DNA from: Epiperipatus broadwayi
Lineage: Eukaryota > Animalia > Onychophora
Assembly (NCBI GenBank): GCA_028023455.1
Contig: JAQFVV010000010.1
Location: forward strand, 17,484,001-17,548,000
DNA: 64,000 nt
Direction of reading: 5' to 3'
This document shows, piece after piece, positions 38,106-51,453 of the stretch. Every line of letters starts with the position of its first letter. The first letter of the stretch is position 1. Both the position numbers and the translations under genes were made by a program. Under the pieces are notes generated by a model that saw only the letters and a program-made list of their open reading frames with translations, was not told the DNA's origin and searched no databases.

Positions 38106-39890
38106 GTGTTTAAAAATGGAGAATACTAAAAATAAAAGAAACATATTTTGTATGCTAATTTTTCATTCAAAGAGAAATGAATGAAATAAATTATTACTGC
38201 TAGTATCATCATAATTAATAATTTCCCAACTGCTTGACATCTTCTTAAAAAGTTACTCTTAGCATCCTATTAAATGAGTCCTTATATTATTACAAGGCAT
38301 CTATTAATAATATATAATTATTATTATTTATTTTGAACATTTTAATGTTAAACCATAATCATTCATGCATAGAAGATTATTGAAAAATATTTTTTGAAAT
38401 CAGAACAAAAACGATTTCATGAATTAGTATAAAATTACATTGCATCTTTGACATGTTTTATATATCTACTAACAATAATCTCAAATATTACCTGAAAAAC
38501 AAGTTATCAATGTGGGATATTATTTGGAATCCAGATTTTCAAATCTAATATTCATAGATCTATATTTTACAAAACTTACTTAAAGATTATGTATCTAAAT
38601 CTGTAGCAGAATGGAAGTTCAATATACACTAATGACATCTATCTTCGCAGCATTCTGTTTGATGAAAATAATAGTTATGCAAGGAGCATCAGATAACAAT
38701 ATCTGCAAAATCTTAAAATAATACTAAGATTTTGAATACTAAATTACTTTTTCCAATTATATAGACCTGAAACTAATTCATATTACTAGTCATTTTGGTA
38801 ATATTACTTGTAAACTGTGTGTGAATTCCTAAAGAGGACCATGTAATATTTTACATGGCAATTATATTTTTATGTAATACTAAAGTCATATATTATGTAT
38901 TAAGATAATAATTTTGTAAAATAAAATTTCAATATTTCAAATATTAATTTATGTAATTTATTACATAATGTTATATTTACATATTAATATTGATTTCACC
39001 CATTCTCAGGCTTTTAAGCATGAAGTAGTTTAGATGTTTGTAAACTAATTACATTTTACAATGAATGAGAGTTTAATTTCTCAATTTTTCAACAGATTAC
39101 AAAATAGTTTAGAAACACATTAAAATTAAGATGCTAAAATGAATTGTGTTAATAGGGTGTCAAGCAATGGGCCATTTCTATTAATGATCAAATGTTCTAT
39201 TGTCTAATTCCTTAATTTGTCTATTATCAGAGAACTTATATACAAATTGATATTTATTATTATCTTACATTTATAAATTCATAAAATGGTAACATGGTAA
39301 GATCTTTGGTGCTTAAAATATAAATATTTAATACGTAACACTTTTTTTTTTTTGTAATAATCTATATTCAGAAATTTTTTAATAGATTAGACAGTGAAAT
39401 TACAATTAAGCACTTTAGCAAAAAATATTTCATGATCAGATGATACATAGCCCTTTCAGAATATATATAGAACAAATAAATAATTACATTTAAGATACGT
39501 CATATAAATTCATTCATTCTTGATCACAATGAACTGTAATCTTAAGATAGGATAACATTTAATCTTTTATTTATTAATACCTACCAGAGGATCTTGTCAT
39601 TAATTCAATTAAAAATTTAAAATATATATATATAATGTCTTAAAATCCTATTTGAATACATAATTTGATTTAAAGCTATATATACAAATGAATTCTCAAT
39701 CAAATGACATTGCATCTTAAAATATTATCATTGGCTTAGAATCTATAATAATTATATTTGATCAATATAATTCACAAATATTTTAATTTTCTTAGCAACT
39801 AATATACAAATCTAGGGATTGTCTGCAAATTAATATATTTCACTTTAAAAAATAATTTAAAATAAAATGTAATACTTTAATACTTAAAAT

Positions 39891-40127
39891 TTCCATCCCT
39901 AAATGAGATATTATTTTATATAGCGCTATGTTTTTTATGTAATAGTAATATTAGCAAGTAAGCCAATGCACATGTGCTTTAAAGATAAATGAATACTCTG
40001 GATTCATTCCATTCTTTCTAAAATATTATATCTCGTGTCTGGAAAAACTAAGAGTATTCATTTATAATTTATCTTTAAAGCGCATGTGCATTGACTTAAT
40101 CGCTAATATTACTATTCCATCCCTAAA
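39891..40127. repeat. Family G palindrome with flanking 13-bp direct repeat
   Basis: 39941-39999 is the approximate reverse complement of 40051-40116. ttccatccctaaa occurs at 39891-39903 and 40115-40127. Confidence 0.75.
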
Positions 40128-41829
40128 GAAAAATATGCTATGGAAATTTTTTAATTACATTTTTCTCATTTTGGTCTTTAGATGAATATGCTTTGCCAAA
40201 TGAAAATATTTAAATAACTAATCAGCTTTAAAAAGCATTTTTATAAGTGAACATATTAGAATGACTGTCTCAACTTTGTTATAGTAAATAATGACTTTAA
40301 TAATAATAAACTATATCTTTTTTAAGCCTTGGTCAGCTATCATCGTATATTTTAATATTACTATCATGAATCTTCACAAATTGATGTAGGAGGATTAATC
40401 CAGAATTTCCAATATCATTTCTGTTTTGAGATATGTCTAAAATTTACCAACATAGTTTTCTTTTATACTTAAAGGTTATCAAAAAGAGCTTCAGCTTATC
40501 CTATTGATGATCACATTATATCTGCAGACTTTGCAATCTGTCATATTTAAATATTCAAAAAAACTTGTACTTCTTTAGATAGTTTAGTTCAACTATAATT
40601 ATTAGAAATTATGCATCAGAAATCATTTAGAAAGTCAACATTAGTTAAGTCAGATTTTTTATCTATTTTAATAAATGACTGTTTAACTTTTGGTCTTTCA
40701 CCTAACAAAATTTTGAATTTAAATTATATTTATAGAAAAACTTTCCAATAATCTCAGTATGATATAATGAAAGCAATTATTTTTGAATATAAAATAAAGT
40801 GATTCTAAGAGAGGACATCATTGGAGACTGAAAACTATTTTATGGTTTTTCAAAATAAATTTTCTTATTCACATTCATTGTCACATTAGCAGTAAGAATA
40901 CAAAGTGTAGTGACACATTTTACCTAATGATAATGATAACACAAAAACATCCATTTCTGTATAAAATAAGATTTACAATATCTCTTATTTTTAGATTTAA
41001 CTTCTAATCGATTAAGAAATCAAATTTTTTCTTGATTACAAAATGGTTGCATATTTCAAATCTTAACATATTAAAAAAAAAAAAAATCTTTGAATTTCGG
41101 TAAAGCTGGCAATTAAAACTTTAAATAAAATATTTCAACTTATTCAGTCATCCAATATAATATTGTAATCTATTCTTTATGCTCTGCTAATACAAATATC
41201 GGCAAGGGATTTACATTTGTCCAATCCATTTCTTTTAAATCGATGTATAATGTATTGCTATTTTTCATTAATAACTATAACTATTTCTTTAACTTCAAAA
41301 CTTCTGAAGAATATATTGCAAATTTATGATTCTAATAATATTCACATGCATTTTTTAAATTAAAGACTATATTAAACTATTTGAGTTAATTTTTTATTAT
41401 TAGATGAACTTTATTTTTATTTTTTTGGAGGGAGCGGGGGGAGGAACTAATTAATCAATTCCTATAAACTATTATATACAGACTATATTACTCATCACAT
41501 TTAGGAAAAAAACCTTATCTCTAGATACCTGCATTAGTCATAAATAAATGGAATTAGAAGATGACATTAAAAAAAGAACTTTATATAACCAATAAGCATA
41601 ATTCATTGAAGGGTTTTGAATAATTGTCTCTGTATTTTATTTTATAAATTCAAAAATATTTTAATGAAAATCTCTTTATGATTAGCATTTTTATTTAACA
41701 TTTTTTAAATATATATATATATATGCATATAATTCAAAAATATATTTAATGTACTGAATATATAATTACAGTAACAAACAAAATATTTTTCCAATTAATT
41801 AGAATTATCATTATTGTCAAACATTATTA

Positions 41830-42000
41830 ATCCATTGCAGGATGAAGATCTCTCCAAGTTCAATCCACCTTTTCTAATCTTTAACTTCTCCACATTACTC
41901 CTGCACACATCCGTATTTTATTCATCCATCTCACATGTGATCTCTTTCTAGGTCTTTTACAATGTTTTAGAATTCTGTTCAAGATTTCAACTGCCTATCT
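41830..42000 (-). mobile_element. Probable RTE-type LINE/SINE 3' end fragment
   Basis: tccattgcaggatgaagatctctcc resembles the reverse complement of an RTE 3' terminus (recalled pattern, not searched). Confidence 0.4.
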
Positions 42001-42695
42001 ATTATCAATTAGAATTATATTGACATAATAGTAGAATTACCAAATATCACAGTCATTAACAAAAAACTTTTGTAGAAAATGTTTAAAAAATAATAATTTT
42101 TTTGAACTAAAATTTTAATCATGAAAAATTCTTAACACATATTAGCATATTTTTAGTTTTATTCTAACCTCATTGATATTGCTTTATTTTTGAAAAGCAA
42201 CTCACACATTGTTGCCTTGTGCAGCCATTTCATTGTTGGCATTTAATTGAGCAGACACATTACTTCATATGAAGCTAAAGGTTAAAACTATAAAAGTAGG
42301 ACATTCATTATTTTCTCAGAGTTTGGATGAAGAAGGATTAAAGGCCAAATTGTCCTCTTAAAGTAGAATGGTTGATAACTCTAGCTTACTGTATTAAATC
42401 ATTGGTTTGATATTTGAAACATAATCATCAATTCCAAGCATCTTTTCAATTTTAGAGGTCACAAAATAAGAATTGAAGACTAGTGAACTATATGCTTCAC
42501 AGTAGTAGAACACAAATTAATGATTCCCAGTTTAATGGCATTACAAAATAAAAGCAAGATATATATGTATATTCAAAAAGAATATTTACATATACTGTAT
42601 GCATATATCAGTAAATAAATTAGATCTAACAATTTTCACTAGATTAATAAAAAGTTATCTGTGTGCATACAAAAAAAATGCTACTACATATTAAG

Positions 42696-42919
42696 CCTGC
42701 TGCCTGTGTTTGTGACAGATGCTATATGAATATGTCACAAGTACTTTTTATTTAGTATCAGAATGTGTTTATTATTTTTGTGTACAAATTTATACTCTTT
42801 GTATTGTTAAAATTTTGGCTTTTTAATACAGTATTGTGTTATTGTAAACACCCCCACTAGAGAAAAATACAGCATTCTGCGGTTGCAAACAGAGGCAGCT
42901 GATCTAATTCACAAGTACC
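42696..42919. mobile_element. Family F MITE-like element, copy 1
   Basis: ~25-bp imperfect TIRs; ~60-bp core tttgtgtacaaatttatact...ttaatacag shared with 48376-48608. Confidence 0.65.
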
Positions 42920-45900
42920 TAAAAAAAACTTGTATATGTAGAAATTATATATGGTATTTGTGAACAAGTTATTACTCATAATAAAATTAGTGTAGAAAAT
43001 AACTAAGATAAATAAAATCAATATAGACTAGTTGCTAATATCAAATGATTTTTGATAAATAACTTTTCTTCTTAAATACTAAATACATTTTTTTTTTCCA
43101 CATAATTTTTTTTTTCTATGATAAAAATTTTCACGTAATTTATCTCACAACTTTGAACACGTAATTTTCTAAAGTATTTTTGAGATAGAAAAAATGTATA
43201 CATTAAGCAACATCTTAGATTCTAGTCGTGCTAATGCAAAATTTTTCCATTGTCTAAGAATTATATTTAACTTCCTTCAGTTTTGTTTTCTACATGTATG
43301 TAAAAGTAAATACTTCAAATACAAATATTTGAAAAGAAATTAGCTTTTTTTTGCACATAAATGAGCCATGTAATTTGCTCATTAGTTGAATGAAGATAGC
43401 TGAAATATGAAGTGACAGATTTTGTATATCTGATCACTAAAGGAAAAACTCACCGGGCTTCTTGATTCTATATATGAGTACTGGATGTTTGAAATCCTAA
43501 GATTGAGACTTTAATGTATTCTGGAAATCATTTAAGGATGAAAATGAATAATAATTAAAAGTTATCAATAAACCTAGATGTTATATACAATGTTTTAATT
43601 AATGGAAAATATGTGTTTTTATCTAGTGACCCAATGAGGCAAGATTGCAATATTCAAGAAAGTGTGTATCCCATTATGATTGCATCACTGCCAAAGATAA
43701 ACTCAGAATATAGCTGATACTTTAAAAACAAAAAATCGGATTATTTTTGGGACATTTTAAATATATAGTTGTATAATGTTTTATATGTTAATATTGTAAC
43801 TGTTGATCTTATTAAATATTTTTTGAAGCACCACTCTTAATATGTAGTTTTAAAAATGATTTCAGTATGTTAAAATCATATCTAAGAATAAAGGAGTATG
43901 TCCAATTACTTTGTTAATCTATTTTTCTAAAATATTTTTTAAAAACTGTTCACTTCCATTAAAATCTCATCCAAAATGTTCACAAATTGATAATTATTTT
44001 TTAATAAATATATAAAGATTCCAAAACATTTTTGCTAAAACCTTGTTATTTAATATCCATCAATATATTCTGTATTTAGTCCTATATTTTAAAAATTGAA
44101 AAACATTATACAGAACAGTAATAAGAATATAAAAGTATTTCTATTCATTTTATTACTTCTAATCTTATATTCTTTAGTTTATAAAATTTTATTCTTATTT
44201 AATCCATTTAGAAAAACTTGTGAATTTCTTTACCATTTATTATTCATTATAAGTTTGTTTGCTTCTATATATATTGTGATGGATTATAGTGGTTTTTCCA
44301 CTATATCCACATATGCAGATATTTTTGTCTAATATGGTTGAACTCTACCAGATTACAGAAAAATCTGGAATTCATAATGTTATACAATTAGCAGTGGACA
44401 TAGTAACATTACTAATTTCTTATCCACTCTTTAGGATGCTTTAATTTCCAGCCTTCCACATATACAAATATAAGTATTCATGACCTAGCTCAGAATGTTG
44501 ATATCGTAAGCATAGGGCCTAATTAATAATCAAGCGACTATTCTTAATTAATGTTGTGTCCCTACTTTAAAGGACAATAGTTGATAGAATTAAAAGAAAT
44601 GACAAGGTATAATTAAATACCTTTATTAAATTAATTTTATGAGTCCCTCATTCCACACCAATACTGCTATTACTTTATTTAATTCTCACTTGATAACCAT
44701 GTAGTAATGATTTTATCTATTTTGAAATCCTATCATTATAATATTTTGGTCCTGAACATGTCAACAACTACCCATAGGCACCTCCATATGCACATGTATC
44801 ATCATATGTCCTTAAAGGATTTAATGTTTAAGGAAATCTTATTTAAAGTATAAATTTACATTAGATAAATTAATTTAAATTAGTAGCTTTTAATATAAAC
44901 TGTTTAAAAATTAGTACAATAAAATCAAGTAAAGCTGTGATTAATTTTTAATTTAATCTAAATTAAGAATAATTTCTATAAACTAAATATATATTTTTTT
45001 GTCTCTTTTTCTATTTTTTATTGAAAAGCAAGTAATTGAGTGATGTTATATTATAATTTCAATAACTCTTTTAATTTCCACTTTATCAGAATTTATATAA
45101 CAAATAAAATAATAATACTACTAACTTTACAATCCTATACAGAAAGAATGGAAACTATTATCAATCTTATAATATCAAAATTAACATATAATAATTTATA
45201 AATAACTAGTTATACATGAACAATTAAAGTATTTTCAAATAAAGTTTTAATCCTTTATTTTCATTGAAAGTTCCAAACCATATAAAAAAATTATATATTT
45301 ACAATCTTGACTTTTGGCTGAGTAAATTAATAGAAACACGTGTTGGAAAATGGAAGAGCTCTTTTGTTAAATTACACTTAAAAATATGCTTATTTTTAAG
45401 TTCATTTTTCTTTCTCTTTCCTTAGAAAATAAGGAAAGTAATGATCAGTATTTGATTTTAAGTCTTAACAATTCAGCAATCAGAAATTTAACATGTTTTC
45501 CTCCTAAATTAAGATCCAGAATTTTTCCGTCTTTTTTTTTTTTTTGCTTTAAATTGCTTGGTGTGAAAAGGTACGTTTTCCAGGAAAATTTTCTGAAGTC
45601 CATGGCGACAGAGTGCAATCTTTTGTTCTTTACACGGACATTCTTAAAATGGACAATCTATAACTTGAGTCAAAAAAATTTTTAGTATCTAGCCAAAATG
45701 ATCACTCTATTAGCTATCTTTTTATTTAATACTGAGTCCTTCAGCGGCTATCACAAGAATGATATTTTTTTACTTGTTTCTTTGGAATCGTGACCAATCA
45801 ACTACTGTTATTAGATTTTACATTAATTAGTTACAAACAGAAAATAATTCCAAATTTCTAATCTTTTTTAAATAATCAAAAACCTAGAGATCCTACTGGA

Positions 45901-46352
45901 CATACAATAACAGTAGATATAAATTTCTTTATGTTCTTATTTATACAACTATTATTTTTTAATTAAAGTAAAAGCATTTGTGTTTAATTATAGCATATAA
46001 AAAAATAAAATTTAAATCTTTAATTCTTATTATTAATATTATGTTCCTATATGCTTTATCAGCTGCCTCGAATACTATCCTGGCCTTATGAACCATCTAT
46101 CCAATTTTTTTATTCTTTCCTCTCTTATTATGCATTAAAACCAGTGCCAGGAAATATTCTATTTCAATATGTAAATATAAATTTTAATAAGATTTTGCCA
46201 CCTTTGATATTTTCATTTCATAATTGTTATTATTTTTCCTTTAAAATGAAATATACTAAAATTTCGTTTTGTAAGTGATGTTTCATTCTAATTCCTAATC
46301 ATAACTATCAGTTCTGATAGAGGTTTCAGAACTATTAAAAATAAAAAATGAA

Positions 46353-47154
46353 CAGAAGCGCATTATGATTTCATGGATCCCTGGCCAAATTTGAACTTGA
46401 GGGCCCCGTGTGTAATGCTGAATTTTTCTGGGGAGGGGGCATGCTTCCGTTATATTCTTCCCCCATGCAAAAGGCTAAATAATAATAATACTTACAGATA
46501 TAACTTTAGTAAAAATAAAACAAAATTACATGCAAGACATTTAAAAGAACTTATATATAGATTACTATAATCTACAAAAAAAGTCATAAATGAGCTCAAT
46601 CATTAATTTTATTGCAAAATGTAATATGTGTGCAGTTAGTATAGCATCCGACTTAGGATTCCCAAGTTCCATGATCGATTTTGGCACCCGAGTTTTTTAT
46701 GAACTCCAGAATAATCTATTTGCCTTACTAGATTAACTAAATGAGAAATAGAATAATATATATTTAATATAACAAAATAAACGTTCTATAAATTAAAAAT
46801 AAAAACAATTCTTAACGAAGCATAACAAATCTAATAAAAGTTATAATTAGAATGAAAATTTTAAGAACATAGTTCAAAAAAAAATCTAATCTAGTTCTTT
46901 GTCTTTTTATTAAATAAGCGAGATAGTAAATTATTTATTGATTGCCTTTTTTGCAACTTACATATCACGCTTAAATTTTATTTTCTGTAATCACTTTCGT
47001 CATTGCAAAAGAAACACAGCAATTATCAAAAAATTCATTATTGTATGTCTTCTGATATCTGATACTTACAAAGATAACGATTTTAAAATGAGCTTTATAG
47101 ATAGTTGGGGCCCTGCGCATTTGTCCTTTTTGCCCATAGGATAATGCGCCGCTG
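46353..47154. mobile_element. hAT (Tip100-like) non-autonomous element, 802 bp
   Basis: TIRs CAGAAGCGCATTAT / ATAATGCGCCGCTG with subterminal GGGCCC motifs; imperfect 8-bp flanks AAAATGAA / AAAATAAG. Confidence 0.6.
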
Positions 47155-47650
47155 AAAATAAGGATAAAAATTGGAAAGAAAATTTAACAAAACAATAACT
47201 TAAAATATTATAACTACAAAATGTATTAAAATCAAACAAAGTATTAATGCATGGAGAAATATATTATTCTTAATGCTTAAGGAAAAAATAATTTATACAA
47301 AAGTGTATTGAAATAAAAAGTAATGTGTACGATTAATATAAAAGAAAATATCACACTTTTTGTTTGCTTGAAAATTTTAATAATCCAATCTTCCCAAAGA
47401 AAGTATAGATAACTGAATATCCTTTTATGAAATTTGATCTCTATCTATTCAAATTTAAATGTTGTGTGTAAATTTTATCATCTTGGTATAGATTATCATG
47501 AAAATAATTAGATAGTTGAATAACGGATAGTTCATGCTATCTAAACATTATATTTCAAATATTTGTTTTTATTGTTAACATAATTAGTTTTAATCTGGAT
47601 TTTAATTACAAATTAATAAAAAAATCTTTTTTAATCATTTACTTTTTAAT

Positions 47651-48151
47651 ATTTGAAATACAAGCACTTTTCATATACCTAGAGCCTAATTAAAAATATA
47701 GGGGATTTGAACTCAGACTTTCAAGTACCTTTCAACTACCCCCACTATCTCATACCACTGGTACATATACCACTGGTACATATGATCACACACATAAAAA
47801 AGATCAATAATCACCAATATATGTATTTCATGCTGAACCAGCACTCATCAGGCCACATATATCATCAGTACTCAGTTTATATTAAGATAGCAAATCTTTA
47901 TACTTTAATGGACAGGCTTCAGTCTACTCCAACTCTTCAGCCATCCATACCAATGAAAATCTTAATATAAACTGAGCATTGATTATATATGTGTGTGAGA
48001 TATGATAATCTGGATCAACTGATGAGTGCTGCTTCAGCATGAAATATGTATATTGGTGATTATTGGTCTTTTCTATATGTGTGTGATCATGTGTATCAGC
48101 GATATGAGATAGTTGAAAGGTACTTGAAAGTCTGAGTTCAAATCTTATTTA
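47651..48151. mobile_element. Family A head-to-head palindromic insertion
   Basis: Minus-sense arm 47651-47963 joined to plus-sense arm 47964-48151. Truncated HHR at 47807-47851 (minus). Confidence 0.85.
48005..48063 (+). ncRNA. Type-I hammerhead (family A), near-intact
   Basis: AUAAUC-UGG-AUCAA-CUGAUGA(48019-25)-GUGCU/GCUUC/AGCAU-GAAA-U-AUGU-A-UA^(after 48052)-UUGGU-GAUUAU. Confidence 0.8.
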
Positions 48152-48375
48152 CTTTTAATGTAATAAAATTCTCATAGACTTTATAAGAATTATAAATGGC
48201 ATAATACTTCACTTCCCCCCCCCCCCGATTGCATTTATGCTGTGACTTTTAAAGAATTAGTTTTTTTTGACAAAAAATTTAAATAACTTTATTGAATATT
48301 ATATTATTGAAATTATTGTATTTTATAGAGAATCAACAAATTTAATTAAGGAAAAAAATGACTAATAGTGCAACA

Positions 48376-48608
48376 ACCTGTTGCCCATGTTTGCTATAAT
48401 AGAATCTCGTACTTTTCTCCAGTGGGTGGGTGTGAGTGTTGCAATGGCAGAATACCACATTAAAAAATCACAGCTACCTGTTTTTATTTAATATGTTTAT
48501 AATTTTTGTGTACAAATTTATACTTTTTGTAGTGTTAAAAATTTGTCTTTTTTTAATACAGCATTCAACAGTCACAAACATGGGCAAGAGGTCTAATATG
48601 CAAGTACC
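48376..48608. mobile_element. Family F MITE-like element, copy 2
   Basis: TIRs acctgttgcccatgtttg / caaacatgggcaagaggt; core shared with 42696-42919. Confidence 0.65.
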
Positions 48609-49214
48609 CAAATAAATTAATTGATGTATACTATGGTTAAATAGAGAGACTAAAAGACCAAAAACTGGATTAAGCTAGATGAATAAACAAACTTTTTTTA
48701 TTAATTTTGTTGTTGTTTATTAGAATAAAGTTTACTATTAATCTAGATAAGAAAACCAAAATGTTATGTTATTTGATCTTGAAAGATAATAACACAAATT
48801 TCCATAATCCATCTATTAATTAGTAGTCTGCAATATAATGAATTTGTTACAAAAAATTGTTTTGTTGTCTAAAGTGATTAAAAAAAGTTTATATCTAGGC
48901 TTTGTTACAGTATCAATGTGAAACTGATATATATTCCTCTTAATATTCATAATGCTATTAAAATGAAACTAATGCCAGTTTTATTTTAATAATATAAATA
49001 TTAGCTATTTCCTATTTGTTGTCTTATAAAATCAATACATTGAGTTGACCAGATCTGAAAAACATTGATGCAAATTTTAGTAAATGCCTTGAATTTCCAA
49101 ACTCTCACATTATTGAAATAACAGTTTAAAGTTGTGTGTCAAAATTCATAAACAATCAGAGATATCTCTAAACAGTAATGTCAACTAGTGCAAATCATAG
49201 TAATCAATGAAGGT

Positions 49215-49360
49215 ATGCATAAAATTTCCTATTTAGTGACTATCCATCCAATATTCCCAGACTAGTTTCCAGTTTGTGGCCTTCATCAATAAGGATCATT
49301 GAACCGTGGAGGATTGCATTTAAATCTTTAGATCTAATGCTAACCTTCAGTAGTCACCTT
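49215..49360 (-). mobile_element. Family C fragment with mutated hammerhead
   Basis: Minus strand UUGAUGA-AGGCCACAAACUG-GAAA-CUAG-UC^UGGGAA; the core C has mutated to U. Confidence 0.7.
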
Positions 49361-50639
49361 AAACCTTTTTAGTTAAATATAATGTTTTGAGACTAAAATG
49401 AATATAAAACGGCTGTATTCTCAGAATTATGACAGATTGCATGCTTGAAATCTCAGGCTTTAAAATACATTAAGAAATACAAAGTGTGGAGCTAGGTTAT
49501 GGACAACAAAAGAATATATCCAATGATGAAGAAGATATGGGGTATGCCTACCTTGGGAAAATCCTACCCAAGAATTCCATCAGATTAGAGGGTCATCCAG
49601 AGTAGGAATGAGCATCTACTCCTACAACCAGTAACAAAACTATTACTATCATGCAGAATGAGCATCTCTATTGATAATACTATGAATAATGATGGAGATC
49701 CTCTGAGTATGAATTTATGAGAGATATGCCTGCCTTTAGCGTGATTATATCTACGAAATACTCGGCAAATCCATTTCGTCAAAGGAGTAATAAACGGCTG
49801 CTTGAAGAACAATGTACGAATTAATAAAATATATATATAACCCAAAATTAATTGAAATGAAGAGTGATAAAATAAAGTCAACTACAAAAGCATGAAATTA
49901 AAAGATCATCAAAGATAAGCTTGAATGACCACATTATAAGTTTGAATAAGCAGTAATATAGACTTAATAGACAAAAGAAAAGATTAAAATACCCTGCTTA
50001 ATTGAAGGTTTACCCTATAGATCGTACACATACATATTAAAAAATACGTTATATGATAGTCCAAGAGGTCTATGATTTATATATATATTATTGAAACATT
50101 TATGAAAACTGAACTTTATCTCGGCTTATGTAACCCAAATGACATATTTTATCCCTTTCCATAAAAATGAAAATTAACCTTAATTTAACATTATTTTCAA
50201 AAGTAATTCAACTGCTTTTATAATTGCAAAAGTAAAATCTATAATTAAAATGCATGGCAGATTATATTTTAGGAAAACAATCTTTAAACAGGTGAAGGAG
50301 AGGGTAGGTTAACATGTCTTTGCACCTTTAATTAATTAGCTTACTTTTAAGTGAGAAGGGAAAGCCAATTCCTGGAATTTTAAGATATAAAACGTATTTA
50401 TAAAAATTGTCCTCAGTCACCTGATTGTTAAATAACAAATCTAGCATTTATAGATTTAAGAATGATTGCATCTAGTAATATATTCAATCATTCTCAACAA
50501 ATACAGATTAATTAAAGCCAACTTTTAAAGAAAACTAACAAAATAAAAATAAATTATACAAGTAAAAGAGAAATACCTATGAATTGTTTTACTGGTATAA
50601 GGGCTGCAGATTCTCATGTATAGAGTTCAAAAGTTCCAG

Positions 50640-51000
50640 CTTTTTATTATTTTCATGAAGGCTTTTTTTTAAAAAAAAGGCAGGGTATGAAGAGCAGCAT
50701 GTAGATATAATGACGCATAGCTATCATGGTGCAATTTACATGGTCCTCTTTTTGGATATTAATGAATAATTGTTTATTATAAAGATAGGCTGGTTCTTCA
50801 AGATAGCATCTGATTAAAGATGACAATTGACTAGGTGGCTTATTTCTGGAACATTGATATGCCAGGTCAGCAGGCTGAATTTACGAAGGCAGGGACATCA
50901 GCACAGGTACACTTTGGCAGTCCTTCGATGAGCAGCAGTGTTAAGCAACTTATCAGGATTCCAACTCATGCTTTGCAGAGATGGCGAAGTGAAGTGAATA
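50640..51000 (+). pseudogene. Degraded LINE (RTE-like) RT remnant
   Basis: FKK..(50668), YHGAI (NYRGI-like, ~50722) and QQAEFTK (QAGFRK-like, 50866) in the expected order. Confidence 0.35.
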
Positions 51001-51453
51001 CAAACTTTCTACTCCCTGGTTAACATAGTATGGTGGCATATAACAGCCAAGTAAATATTCTTGATAATCATGATTTTGAAGAATCTTCTCAAAAGGACAA
51101 TAAGAAGAAAGAATAACCTTTTACATTTATTCTGATCACAACTTTGATCAGTTTAATGACAATTTAATCTTGTATCTATTTTATTAATTAGTAAAACTTT
51201 CCCAATTCCTAATGACTTGTCTACAGCATTCCTGGCAGTAATTAAATATACATTAAGACCTTTTACTGCAAGATAAAATATTGAAACATTCATGTAAATA
51301 AATATACAGAAGAGATTACTTATTACTTAAGTAAGAGTTCTATATCAATTATAAATTTACCTATGCTCTAAATCTTCCTTTATTAATTAAAATGTTCAAG
51401 AATTTTACTTAGACAAATTTTACATTAACTGTATCTTAAAATTTTTCTAGATT

